Shown piece by piece: positions 38,190-48,128 of a stretch of DNA of 64,000 nt. Every line of letters begins with the position of its first letter. Within the stretch, counting starts at the first letter, position 1. Both the position numbers and the translations under genes were made by a program. The DNA is from Candidatus Micrarchaeia archaeon (GTDB lineage: Archaea > Micrarchaeota > Micrarchaeia > CAILAH01): contig JAVZCB010000002.1 of NCBI GenBank assembly GCA_038874595.1, forward strand, positions 152,715-216,714, given 5' to 3'. Below the pieces are notes generated by a model. It saw only the letters and a list, made by a program, of their open reading frames with translations, did not search any database and was not told the origin of the DNA.

Positions 38190-39796
38190 TGCGCAGGGGA
38201 TTTGCACTCACACTTTCAATAATAATACTGGTATTTTTCCTCACGCTTATACTTTCAGTTGAGTCGCAGCGTATCATCATTGAGGAGCAGACACGTGCCA
38301 GCCACGCGAGGATGCGTGCTGTAACATCGCTCGTTTCAGATATGGATTCGCCCGCACTGGATTATGCAGTCTCCAAGATGGCGAAGCGCGCACTTTATGA
38401 TGTCACGATGGATGTAATTGCTAATAACAAGCCCGCGCGCAATGCAAGGCAGGAGGTCTGCAACAGGTTCACTGAAATGTATTTAGGGTATCTCAAATCC
38501 ATGCAGCAGCGCGCGAACGATTCCGGCCTTGCCCTTTTATATGAGGATAAGCCGCCTGCCCTTATATGTGATATTAAGCTCGTGGACGGGTTCAAGGCGC
38601 AGGTTTCAATAGGCACAAAGGTGACTATAAAAGGGAAGGATATATACGTAACAAAAGTGCTTTCGCACACAGAAAACTTTACGATAAATGGGATTTATGA
38701 CCCGTATATTGCACTGAAGAGTTATGACCCGAACATGGGCACAAAATACAATATGGTCCTTATTCCAATAATCCCGTCAAAAATAAGCACTGATGAATTT
38801 AAGGCAGAGCCAGCACAGCTTTCCTCTGTAGGATACGGGAAGGGCTGGGGGTATGGCACAGTGATATCTTCAGATGAGGCACTTTCAGCTGCGGACTCGG
38901 CGCTTGGCACCAGGATACTTCTAATTACAAATGAGGCGGAATTTTCAAGATGGAAAGACCCGCGCAACCTTTCAAAGTTTGCAGGCGTAATCCTGGTGAA
39001 GACGAACCTCGCAACAACCCCAACCACATCTGAGAATGTGAGGATAGCAGGGACCGATGATATGAAACAGCCCTGCTTTGTTAATGCAACAAAATACGTG
39101 TGGGTGGAAAATACTGCACCGTGCATCTCTTGTGGTGAATACTCAAAGCTCGTAATATTGCAAAGGTCTGTTGACTCTTGTGAGCCGCAGCTCTCAGGGG
39201 TGTATTACAGGGAAGGCAACACGTACTATACATACGTGCCATCCTCCTCTGTAACTGACCCGAACAATATCCAGGACAAAAAGAATATCGTGCTTAATGA
39301 TGTTCCTTTCATAGCGGTGAGCGGGGTAAGTGTTAGTGCTGGCCAGAGAGTGCTCATAAGCAGCACGATTGAGCAGGACCTTGATGATACCATTGCGGGC
39401 AAATACCCACCAGTGCACGAGGATGTTCACATATACGATATCGAGAAACAGCGTGCGGCAGTACTGTGTGGCAATTACTTCTTCTGGAAAGGCGCAAACA
39501 GCGGGAACAGCTGGGGACCGGACATCTTCAGCAGGCTTGAAGGCACAAACTCAAATGACAAGTATGGCATAGAAACATTTGTGATAGGGCCGTGGGCCAA
39601 CGCAGATTACTCTAAGGTTGACCACAATTACTACGCGCGCGTTGGAGGGCATTATGCTAAGGGTATGCCTGGATGCATTAACCCGAATATGTGTAACAGG
39701 CCGCTGAAAGAGCTCCAGATAGGGCACTTTATAGTAAGCACACAACGTGATTCGGATTACGGTATGGATGATAAAGGCATTTATATAAGCAAGTGA
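38186..39796 (+). CDS. Large class III signal peptide protein (adhesin/minor pilin-like)
   Basis: MMRRG|FALTL followed by a hydrophobic helix; DPY motif; GPD.FSRLEG, YGIETF. Confidence 0.7.
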   Translation: MMRRGFALTLSIIILVFFLTLILSVESQRIIIEEQTRASHARMRAVTSLVSDMDSPALDYAVSKMAKRALYDVTMDVIANNKPARNARQEVCNRFTEMYLGYLKSMQQRANDSGLALLYEDKPPALICDIKLVDGFKAQVSIGTKVTIKGKDIYVTKVLSHTENFTINGIYDPYIALKSYDPNMGTKYNMVLIPIIPSKISTDEFKAEPAQLSSVGYGKGWGYGTVISSDEALSAADSALGTRILLITNEAEFSRWKDPRNLSKFAGVILVKTNLATTPTTSENVRIAGTDDMKQPCFVNATKYVWVENTAPCISCGEYSKLVILQRSVDSCEPQLSGVYYREGNTYYTYVPSSSVTDPNNIQDKKNIVLNDVPFIAVSGVSVSAGQRVLISSTIEQDLDDTIAGKYPPVHEDVHIYDIEKQRAAVLCGNYFFWKGANSGNSWGPDIFSRLEGTNSNDKYGIETFVIGPWANADYSKVDHNYYARVGGHYAKGMPGCINPNMCNRPLKELQIGHFIVSTQRDSDYGMDDKGIYISK

Positions 39797-39800
39797 TACT

Positions 39801-40262
39801 ATGAGGCATTCTGATAACCTGCAAAAATACCTGATGCATTACAGTTCAAGCAGGCGTGGGCAGGTGGCAGTTGAGTTCCTTGCAGTGGTAGCGTTTTTCA
39901 TTCTCATAAGCGTGCCTTTGTTTATGTACTTCTACACGGCTGCTCCGCAGAAGGAGTACTATGCAAGCCTGTCCCAGGCCGAGGCGGCGGCAGACGAGCT
40001 AGTAAAGTATGGCGAGCTTGTCGGCACACAGGGCAACGGCACCACGATTTCGCGCGTTATTGTTTTTCCCAAGTATGCTACGCAGGTGTCTTTCAACGCA
40101 TCGCACGTTGCGATACATGTTGAGTATTCTGACCTTAAGACGGATGTCGTGCGGACCGGGCCGGTGAGGTTTTCACAAAGTACTTATATGCTGCCCGCCG
40201 GTGGCAGTTACGTTTTCATATTTAAGAACATAAACGGTAATGTGTATGTCACTCAAGGGTAA
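39801..40262 (+). CDS. Archaeal type IV pilin-like protein
   Basis: RRG|QVAVEF followed by a hydrophobic helix. Confidence 0.82.
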   Translation: MRHSDNLQKYLMHYSSSRRGQVAVEFLAVVAFFILISVPLFMYFYTAAPQKEYYASLSQAEAAADELVKYGELVGTQGNGTTISRVIVFPKYATQVSFNASHVAIHVEYSDLKTDVVRTGPVRFSQSTYMLPAGGSYVFIFKNINGNVYVTQG

Positions 40263-40707
40263 AAGCATAACAAGTTGGATACGCCCATTACGGGCAAACA
40301 AAAAGCCGACAGGCACGCGTGGACAGACGGCTGTAGAGTATCTCACTTACTTTGCGTTTTTCCTGCTTGTTGCAGCAGTTTTCTCGGTGTATGTGTTCTC
40401 GCAGTCAGGTGAAGAGCTTAACAAGCGTTCCCAGGAGAGGTTCAAGTCGGCACTGTTTTATGTCTCGCAGGGTGTCCGTGATGCAAACAACCTTGCAAAA
40501 TATGCTGACACAATGAGCGTCAATATTACACTGCCAGTTATAACAAAAGGCAGTGGTATTAGTATCTCAGGTGATAGTGCTACTGGGGTGATTGCAGGCA
40601 ACACAACAACCGAAAGAGGGCCGGTATACTACTACGTGCAAATAGGCAGGTTTGAGTATGAGCCGGAGCAGAAGCCAGGTGATAATTATGTTACTATCTC
40701 TAAGTAA
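40240..40707 (+). CDS. Archaeal type IV pilin-like protein
   Basis: RG|QTAVEY followed by a hydrophobic helix. Confidence 0.82.
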   Translation: MCMSLKGKSITSWIRPLRANKKPTGTRGQTAVEYLTYFAFFLLVAAVFSVYVFSQSGEELNKRSQERFKSALFYVSQGVRDANNLAKYADTMSVNITLPVITKGSGISISGDSATGVIAGNTTTERGPVYYYVQIGRFEYEPEQKPGDNYVTISK

Positions 40708-41143
40708 AAGAGGGCAGGTGCTCTCCTACGACGCGATTGGAGGTATTGTAATCTTTCTTGTTGCGGTAGGGATACTTGTTACCTATTGGTCTTCACTGAG
40801 TGCATCATTCTCTGATGCGGATGCAATTATGGTGCTTGAATCTAACACGGCCCTTGATAATCTAATGACCACGGATATGCTTATGGAGAACAGCTATATA
40901 TTGAACACTACAAAGTTTGAAAGTTGCAGTTTTAGCCCGCAGGAGGCAGGCATATTCCACGAGTATTACTTACAGGTGATTGACTCAAGTGGCAGGCCCC
41001 TGAAAACAAAAGATAATAAGGATGGCTGTGGTATTGCGCCGGGACATGACAAGAAGGTTGCGGTATCAGAACGGCTTGCTTATATATCACAGGGCGGTAA
41101 GGAATACCCTATAAAGGTCGTGCTTAAGGTTTATACAAAATAA
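40688..41143 (+). CDS. Class III signal peptide (pilin-like) protein
   Basis: KRG|QVLSYD followed by a hydrophobic helix. Confidence 0.78.
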   Translation: MLLSLSKRGQVLSYDAIGGIVIFLVAVGILVTYWSSLSASFSDADAIMVLESNTALDNLMTTDMLMENSYILNTTKFESCSFSPQEAGIFHEYYLQVIDSSGRPLKTKDNKDGCGIAPGHDKKVAVSERLAYISQGGKEYPIKVVLKVYTK

Positions 41144-41196
41144 GGACTGCGGCAAACTCTTAAAATAAGATGCTCTCATTTTTGCAAAATAGTTTT

Positions 41197-41523
41197 TTAC
41201 CTTGCGACTTTTGCTTTTGTGGCCTTAGTCTCTGTTGTTTTGCGCGAGGCCTTGCTCTCTATCTTATTCCTATTCCTTCCCTTCTGCTGTATTTCACCAA
41301 CATATTCTATAAGCTCGTTTGTGCTGGCAGCAGCTTCCGGGTCATCACCCGCACCCGTAGCTTTTGCATACGAGTCAAACTTTTCCTTATCCTGCTGCTT
41401 GAGCCGTGCAAAAGATACCAGGAAGGATGATGGCACATCATCAACCTTCTCCCTTACCTTCCCGCTTCTTCCTGTAAGCCTGGACATAACCCTCTTGAAT
41501 ATCCTGAAAAGGTCGGCTGCCAT
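41197..41523 (-). CDS. Hypothetical protein
   Basis: 108-aa ORF in line with the upstream minus-strand genes; basic tail. Confidence 0.5.
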   Translation of the reverse strand: MAADLFRIFKRVMSRLTGRSGKVREKVDDVPSSFLVSFARLKQQDKEKFDSYAKATGAGDDPEAAASTNELIEYVGEIQQKGRNRNKIESKASRKTTETKATKAKVAR

Positions 41524-41540
41524 AGTATGGTTTCCCCGTG

Positions 41541-42452
41541 TTATTTTTTAAGCCTTAACAGGATCAAAACAAGGTTTGCAAGCACCAGACCGGTAATGAG
41601 CGGGAATGCAAAAGCAACAGATAAAACCGGAAGCACATTTGTAATGTTTGATATCATCAGGTATTTTGAGCCGAAGATGCCGAGTGCAAGCACGAGCGCA
41701 GCCACAAAATACCTATTTATTTTGCTCCCCTCAATAATAAAGTATAGGGAAAGCAGTGCAATGATATACATCACAACAAACGCGAGTAGCGTGTTTAGCG
41801 CAATCAAGTACCCATAATCGCTTAGATAAAACCCGCCAGTGTAGCTTGCATAAAGCACGAACAGCGCAACAGCACACATCACAAGTACGATGAGTGGGCT
41901 CTCCCTAACAAAGCTAATTACGCTTCTCATATCACCGCTGCTTGACGCAGCGCCGGGCGCAATTATAAGTGAGGCAAGCACCAGCAGCACATCCCGCGCG
42001 TTATCAAGTGCACAAACATCCCTGAGCACGGCAACGTACTTTCCTATAATATCAGGTTCTGAGATGAATTCTATGATATCCTGCCCGCTAGCAAGCGCAT
42101 ACAATACAATAAACAGCAATGGCAGTATAAATGTAGGCCCAAAGCCAGCAACGAATACAGATACACCCCCAAAGATATTCTTCTCATATTTCACAGAAAC
42201 ATTGCCCTTTTCCTCGCGCAAATCAACTCCTATAACGTTGCTACCGCTTAATAAAGCAGGGATTATATGGCCAACAACCTCGTGCAGAAATACTGTAGGC
42301 ACGCTCAGCACACTGCCAATGTACTTTATGTCTTTTAGCCTTACAAATAAGCCCCTATAAAGAAAAACCATTAGTACGTGCTGGACAAAAGTGGCAAAAA
42401 CAAAAACAAGCGCAAAAGCACAAATGCTTTGTAAGGCAGCATCAGCAATCAT
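41541..42452 (-). CDS. Membrane zinc metallopeptidase, M50-like
   Basis: LHEVVGH, G.V..., AGFGP, S.GD; multiple TMs. Confidence 0.7.
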   Translation of the reverse strand: MIADAALQSICAFALVFVFATFVQHVLMVFLYRGLFVRLKDIKYIGSVLSVPTVFLHEVVGHIIPALLSGSNVIGVDLREEKGNVSVKYEKNIFGGVSVFVAGFGPTFILPLLFIVLYALASGQDIIEFISEPDIIGKYVAVLRDVCALDNARDVLLVLASLIIAPGAASSSGDMRSVISFVRESPLIVLVMCAVALFVLYASYTGGFYLSDYGYLIALNTLLAFVVMYIIALLSLYFIIEGSKINRYFVAALVLALGIFGSKYLMISNITNVLPVLSVAFAFPLITGLVLANLVLILLRLKK

Positions 42453-42459
42453 TGTATAT

Positions 42460-42711
42460 TTACTGGTTGTATTTGCTCATAAGCCTTTTCTTCTTTTTCT
42501 CAAAGATTTTTCTGTGCTTGCCGCAGCTTATGCAGTAGTAAACCTTTCTCATATCCGTATAAGTAACATCATCACCAGTCCTGAGCTCAGTAGAGTATCT
42601 CACAAACCTGTTATCCTGCACTGCTTTGCCTCTTGGAACGCTCCTTCCACACGAACTGCACGTAACAAGTGCTTCCTTTCCCCTGCTTTTCTTGCCTTTT
42701 GACATTAACAT
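42460..42711 (-). CDS. rps26e: 30S ribosomal protein eS26
   Basis: RG....V.CSSCGR.VPR.KA, YYCISC..H; RBS GGAGG. Confidence 0.88.
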   Translation of the reverse strand: MLMSKGKKSRGKEALVTCSSCGRSVPRGKAVQDNRFVRYSTELRTGDDVTYTDMRKVYYCISCGKHRKIFEKKKKRLMSKYNQ

Positions 42712-42717
42712 AACCTC

Positions 42718-43443
42718 CTATTTAACCCTAATACCGTTCAGCAGGTATATTTCCGCTGACGATTTTATAAATATATTTTCATTAAGCAGCGGGCTGCGCA
42801 GCCTTTCACTGCCGTCCTGGCTGCGCCACCCCTTCCAGGGCCCGAACGCAGGCACGCATATAATCCTTATTTTCTTCCTGATTCCGGCCTCTTTCCCGTA
42901 ACACTCTTCAAGTGCGCTCGTGTTGAGCTGCCCTATAACCCATACCTTTTCAGAATGTTTGATTTCACTTCCAAACAGCAATTGGGGGTGGGAGTGCCCC
43001 ATCATGATTGTACCGCATCTTAGCAGCTCGGCATCAGGCCACGCGTGGCCGTGCATAACACCTATTTTTGGTTTTGCATCTCTCCCAAGCCCAATTTTCC
43101 CATCATCATAAATTATAGCACCCCCTGCACCGTGAACAGTGCAATATTCACTGTATTTCTCAATCCCGCCATCATGGTTGCCTTTTGTTATGTGCAAAGA
43201 GTACTCCTTCCCAATCTCGCGAATAAACTTCCCGGCATCCCCTTCTGTTTCTGTGACACTTGCCTTTACATCACCTAATATGAGCAGATTTTTCCGCTTT
43301 TCTTGCTCCATAATGTTCCTTACAATTTCTGCGGTCGCTTTCCAGCCCACACCATCTTTTTTCCCAATGTGCAGGTCGCTTATGATTACCCATTTTCCGT
43401 GCACGGCGGCTGCAGTATTATGCAAGAATTTAACCATCGTCAT
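42718..43443 (-). CDS. ICC-like metallophosphoesterase
   Basis: SDLHIG, LGD, GNHD, HGH, GHSHP, PAF. Confidence 0.88.
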   Translation of the reverse strand: MTMVKFLHNTAAAVHGKWVIISDLHIGKKDGVGWKATAEIVRNIMEQEKRKNLLILGDVKASVTETEGDAGKFIREIGKEYSLHITKGNHDGGIEKYSEYCTVHGAGGAIIYDDGKIGLGRDAKPKIGVMHGHAWPDAELLRCGTIMMGHSHPQLLFGSEIKHSEKVWVIGQLNTSALEECYGKEAGIRKKIRIICVPAFGPWKGWRSQDGSERLRSPLLNENIFIKSSAEIYLLNGIRVK

Positions 43444-43487
43444 CTATTGAGGAAAACATTTTTATATATCTATTTCCCTATTTATCC

Positions 43488-44996
43488 ATGTCTTATTCCC
43501 ATAAGAAAGACACAGATGCGATAAAGAGAAAGTTAAGGCAAATGCGGGACAAGGCACAGAAAGACCTTGAAAGGCTAAAGGTTCCGCCCGATGTCATCTA
43601 CCATAATCAGCAGCTGTTTTATACGATTGCTGCAAGCCTGAACGGTATCACAAAAGCAGCACGTGCAGATATCAATCCCACGGACCTGCTCTGGCTCTCA
43701 TTATACCACGAAAACCTGAGCTATTCTGCATTGCCTTCCGAAATTAAGGAAACAATAGGCGGCTTGTTCAGGAGATTCATTGAGCTGAAGCACATTGATA
43801 TGTCAAAGAAAGAAGTTTGGACACCTTATAATAACCTTGTTGATGAATGCCCGGCATTGGCAGTTTTCCGTACAATAGACCTGGCGCACTTCCCGATGGA
43901 TTATAACACGCTTGTCAGGTCATTCTTATTTAAAAAAGATACTGTAGAGTATGCAGTACGCAATATTGCAGAGTCAATGCTTTATGTTTATGTGCCGTTT
44001 GCTGATATCTTGGGCATTCTTGATGTATACTCCTCCTTGCTTGATAAATCTACGAGCATACTTTATCCAGATCTTTATCGTGGGGTATATGCAAAACTAA
44101 AAGAGCTGCAGGATGAGAATGAGCACATTCTTAAAAACTTTGGCAACCGGCTCGAGTATGATATTTTGGAAGCTGAAATGGAAGACATCCATTTTGCGAA
44201 TTTTAGTGATAATTCATTAATAAAGGGCCGCATTAAAACAACCGGCTCTACAGTGCTTAAGCTAATCCGTAAGAACTACCCGATAGAAAAGATGATGGAG
44301 TTTGAAGACCTGGTGGCATTCACAGTACTGACAGAAACAGAACAGGATGCATACAAGTTTGTGGAATTCCTCAAAAACAAGTATAAGATACCGGAGGGCC
44401 ATTTTGATGATTATATAAGGTCACCGCGCGGCCAGACGCAATATCAATCCCTCCACCAAGGTGTCCCTTTTGAGGTTGAGCGGTTTGGTGAGAAGAAGAT
44501 AAGATTTATTGAGGTCCAGATACGCACTCCTGAAATGCAGGAAAAATGTGAGCGTGGTGACCAAGCACATGCACTTTTTAAGCAGAGAAAGATTGACAAG
44601 GAGAAGCTCCTGCTGATGTTACAGTATTCCACAACACTCAGGAATGCTTCTACGGAAGAGGTGCAGATGCTGGCTCTCAATTTGAGGTCTGAAAGGATAA
44701 CCGTGCTTGCAACGGTGACTCCAGATAGTGAGGTAATGATTGTTGACCTCCCGGAGAATTCTTGTGTGTATGACCTGATATGCAAGGTTTCAGACCCGTT
44801 CTATGAGCATAAGGTGGTTTCAGCTACAACCAACAGGATGTTTTCGCCATACGAATCTCTTATACCAGGGGCAGGGTACTTTATAATGAAGACCGGGGAA
44901 AGGATGCGGTCCTCAGAAATCAGAAGAATTATTCCGATATGCTCTCTTGAGACAAGAATGCAATTACAATGGATGCTTGAAAACAAAAAGAAGTAG
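43488..44996 (+). CDS. RelA/SpoT homologue: degenerate HD domain, alarmone synthetase domain, TGS-like domain
   Basis: IAE...VYVPFADILG, GRIK...S..KL, EDLVAF, FDDYI..P, YQSLH, EVQIRT.EM...ERG..AH; TGS-like TP....LP......D. Confidence 0.85.
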   Translation: MSYSHKKDTDAIKRKLRQMRDKAQKDLERLKVPPDVIYHNQQLFYTIAASLNGITKAARADINPTDLLWLSLYHENLSYSALPSEIKETIGGLFRRFIELKHIDMSKKEVWTPYNNLVDECPALAVFRTIDLAHFPMDYNTLVRSFLFKKDTVEYAVRNIAESMLYVYVPFADILGILDVYSSLLDKSTSILYPDLYRGVYAKLKELQDENEHILKNFGNRLEYDILEAEMEDIHFANFSDNSLIKGRIKTTGSTVLKLIRKNYPIEKMMEFEDLVAFTVLTETEQDAYKFVEFLKNKYKIPEGHFDDYIRSPRGQTQYQSLHQGVPFEVERFGEKKIRFIEVQIRTPEMQEKCERGDQAHALFKQRKIDKEKLLLMLQYSTTLRNASTEEVQMLALNLRSERITVLATVTPDSEVMIVDLPENSCVYDLICKVSDPFYEHKVVSATTNRMFSPYESLIPGAGYFIMKTGERMRSSEIRRIIPICSLETRMQLQWMLENKKK

Positions 44997-45031
44997 TAAA
45001 TAATAGAATACACGTATCATAAAATACCCTA

Positions 45032-47725
45032 TTACACCCTCTCCCCATACTCATCCAAGAAGTGCTTGTATTCTTGAAGCATCTCAATAGTTAGTGATGG
45101 CTTTCTCCTGCTTATTACTTTTAATATATCTTCCGTCTTGAGCTTTACATCCCCTTTGCCAGATATTCCCTCTCGCACAAGGCTAAATTTAGATTCCTGG
45201 CAGATGCTTGCTATGTCTGCACCTGTAAACCCTTCCGTGGCAGCTGCAAGCGCAGCATAATTTATATCTTCTTTTGGTACCTTTGCCAGGAATCTCTTAA
45301 ACATCGCCTCCCGCTGCTCTTTGAGTGGGGGCGGTATGAAGACAATCTTATCGAGCCTTCCTGGCCTGAGCATTGCCTTATCAACCATCTCGGGCTTATT
45401 TGTTGCTCCAATCAGGACGACATTTTTTAGCTCTTTCATCCCATCCATCTCCTGGAGCAATTGTGTGACAACATCCTCAACATACTTTGAGCTGTATAAC
45501 TCACGTGACGGCGCAACACTCTCAATCTCATCTATGAACACAATCGCGGGCGGGTTCTCGCGTGCCCTGTTGAATGTCTCCCTTATCATTGCAACTGCAC
45601 CTTCATATCCCCTTTTAAGGAGGTCTGCACCGCTAAGTGCAAACACGTTTACATTCATCTCATTTGCCGCCGCTTTCACAATAAGGGTCTTCCCGCACCC
45701 AGGCGGCCCGAACATAAGCACACCTTTGCTTGGCTTCACATCATATTTTTCCAGGAGTTCCTCGTGCAGTAACGGGATCTCAACCGCCTCTTTGAGCATT
45801 TGCCTGACATCATCAAGCCCGATTACATCATCCCACGTGACCTTCTTCTCCTTCTCCTTTTTCTCTTCGTCAACCCTTCTTTCATAATCAAGCCTGAATC
45901 TCTCGTAATCATCTAGCATAGAGAGTGTTGTGCTCGGCTTGATTGATTTAAGCACTTTAAGGAAGTCATCCATCATTACAGGCTCAAGCTTCTCCTTCTC
46001 AGCAGCTCTCTTTGCCGCAAGGCGGACAGCCTCTTTGCACAGGTTTGCAAGGTCAGCCCCCGAGAACCTCTCAGTTTTCTTTGCTAGTTCTTTCAGGTTA
46101 ACATCCTTGCTTAGAGGTATCCCGCGCAGCTGCACCTCAAGCACCTTCAGCCTCCCTTCCATATCAGGTAGCGGCATATAAATTATCTTGTCAAGCCGCC
46201 CAGGCCTTATGAGTGCCTTGTCAAGCATATGTGGGACGTTTGTAGCTCCAACAACAAGCACATTGTTATCGCTTGTGAGGCCATCCATCTCCTCAAGCAT
46301 CGTGCTTAGTACCCTCGCAGCTGCCTCATCACCTCGCGCATACTCCCTGCTTTTCCCTATTGCATCTATCTCATCAAAGAACAGGACTGCGGGCGCATTT
46401 TTCCGCGCAATGCTAAATATCTCTGAAACGTTCTTCTCCGACTCGCCGAAATACTGTGATAAGAGCTGTGATGCCTTTACATAGTAGAACCCAACTTCAA
46501 GCTCCTTGGCGAGGGCGCGCATAAGCATCGTCTTCCCTGTCCCCGGCGGCCCAAACAGCAATATCCCTTTTGGCGGTTTAATATTATATGCAACACTGAT
46601 ATCTTTTCTTTGAAGGGGCATTAGTATTGCATCTCTAAGCTCTTTCTTGACACTTTCATAATTGCCTATATCACTTAGTTTTGTTGTTGATGCAAGCCCA
46701 AGGTCCTGCACACCAAACTTGCTAAACTTCTGCTCTTTCTCCTTGAGCACCGCGCCGGTCTGCCCGGCAATACTGAATTTCTTAATGTCAAGGTAGTATA
46801 CGAGCGCAGTGGTAAGTGCAACGTATATTATAATCTCAGGATGAAAAATGCTTCCTGTGGCAACGGCAAGGAAATAGTGCAGTGGTATGAAAAGCCAGAA
46901 CACCACAGTCGCAGCAGTCTGCCTGTATCTTCCGCGCAGGATACCTGGCAGCATTGATGCAAAGTACATTATTGCACCAATAGCAGCTATTTCTATAAGA
47001 CCAACATCACCGAAAAACAACACTAAGGTGGTGCCTGTTGTGAGACCGAGCAGCGGATTGATATATGTAAAGGCGTCAGGCCCAAACATCCCACTGAACG
47101 CCTCCCCGACAGCACCAGCCATTCTGGTTATATCCACAGGGCTTTTCATCGGCATCAGTATCTCTTGAGGTATGCTATTTCTCAACCCTTCATATGCCGC
47201 ATGGTTAACAACCATGAATGCCCCGTTATCAATGTTCCACATTGCGGTGAGCAGGAGGACAATGTATACTGCGGGCAAGGTGATGAGCAGGCTTCGTTTG
47301 GCGCCAAGCCTGAGCGCTGATAAGAACATTACAGGGATGATTATACCGCCAAGCATAAGCCCCTTTGCAAACGGTGCGAATATTAAGATTTGAAGTGTTG
47401 CAAGTATAAACCAGTAATTAAACGCAGTTACAAGGCTGATTGAAAATGCAATGGTAAATATCCACCCAAGCACAGGCGTCTGGTATGCAACGGCGATTAG
47501 CCCGAGCAGTACCCCAGTTACTGTCCCAAGCGGCGGGTTGTAATATGCTACCGCAGCTGGCAGGAGTGCAATAACAGGCACTGCCAGGAGAGGGAATATA
47601 GGAAACGCAAGCAGGACAGACAGCGCAGCTAGGTATACAAGCAAAGCTGAGAGAAACTTATCATTTTTCTCTAGGGTGGCCACGATGGCCATTACCTTTT
47701 CCCTGTAAAGGCTCCTGCCTTCCAT
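45032..47725 (-). CDS. CDC48-like double AAA+ ATPase with N-terminal polytopic membrane domain
   Basis: About 310-aa hydrophobic N-terminus; GPPGTGKT/FFDEID/RPGR and GPPGCGKT/FIDEIE/RPGR. Confidence 0.88.
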   Translation of the reverse strand: MEGRSLYREKVMAIVATLEKNDKFLSALLVYLAALSVLLAFPIFPLLAVPVIALLPAAVAYYNPPLGTVTGVLLGLIAVAYQTPVLGWIFTIAFSISLVTAFNYWFILATLQILIFAPFAKGLMLGGIIIPVMFLSALRLGAKRSLLITLPAVYIVLLLTAMWNIDNGAFMVVNHAAYEGLRNSIPQEILMPMKSPVDITRMAGAVGEAFSGMFGPDAFTYINPLLGLTTGTTLVLFFGDVGLIEIAAIGAIMYFASMLPGILRGRYRQTAATVVFWLFIPLHYFLAVATGSIFHPEIIIYVALTTALVYYLDIKKFSIAGQTGAVLKEKEQKFSKFGVQDLGLASTTKLSDIGNYESVKKELRDAILMPLQRKDISVAYNIKPPKGILLFGPPGTGKTMLMRALAKELEVGFYYVKASQLLSQYFGESEKNVSEIFSIARKNAPAVLFFDEIDAIGKSREYARGDEAAARVLSTMLEEMDGLTSDNNVLVVGATNVPHMLDKALIRPGRLDKIIYMPLPDMEGRLKVLEVQLRGIPLSKDVNLKELAKKTERFSGADLANLCKEAVRLAAKRAAEKEKLEPVMMDDFLKVLKSIKPSTTLSMLDDYERFRLDYERRVDEEKKEKEKKVTWDDVIGLDDVRQMLKEAVEIPLLHEELLEKYDVKPSKGVLMFGPPGCGKTLIVKAAANEMNVNVFALSGADLLKRGYEGAVAMIRETFNRARENPPAIVFIDEIESVAPSRELYSSKYVEDVVTQLLQEMDGMKELKNVVLIGATNKPEMVDKAMLRPGRLDKIVFIPPPLKEQREAMFKRFLAKVPKEDINYAALAAATEGFTGADIASICQESKFSLVREGISGKGDVKLKTEDILKVISRRKPSLTIEMLQEYKHFLDEYGERV

Positions 47726-47891
47726 ATGGTATAGAATTACACCTGAAATTTATAAATCAGAAAAAAGCATAGTGGCACAAATGCCCAGCAACTCGTGGCC
47801 CGCAAAAATAAGATAAGTACAGGTTGGTGATGTGTGCATATCCCTGCAGCCACACCACACAACCAAGTATATCTCTGGGAGATTCTGCCCG

Positions 47892-48128
47892 CTATATTGC
47901 GGTTGCAGCAATATCAATATCTGTCTTGGTAAGGCGAACCTTCTTTGTTGCGCGCCGTCTCTTATCCCTCGTGGTCATAGCTATAAAAATTGCTTTCTCC
48001 ACGATTTTCCCCGCTTTATCCTCTATAATTGAGACGAGCTCCTCGGTGGCGTCCTCATCTACACGTATTTTAGATGGCGTGTTACGCCGTATGAGCTTTT
48101 CTATGTCATACCTGCTTATGTAAGCCAT
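47892..48128 (-). CDS. Archaeal histone-fold protein (variant)
   Basis: IEKLIR...RVDEDA.EEL...E.....VEKA...A...DI.IA matches the HMf pattern. Confidence 0.75.
   Translation of the reverse strand: MAYISRYDIEKLIRRNTPSKIRVDEDATEELVSIIEDKAGKIVEKAIFIAMTTRDKRRRATKKVRLTKTDIDIAATAI

Noticed and set aside
42718-43443. Metallophosphoesterase as a defence-system component
   Set aside because: It looks like the widespread archaeal ICC-like family in a housekeeping context; any link to the RSH gene is speculative.
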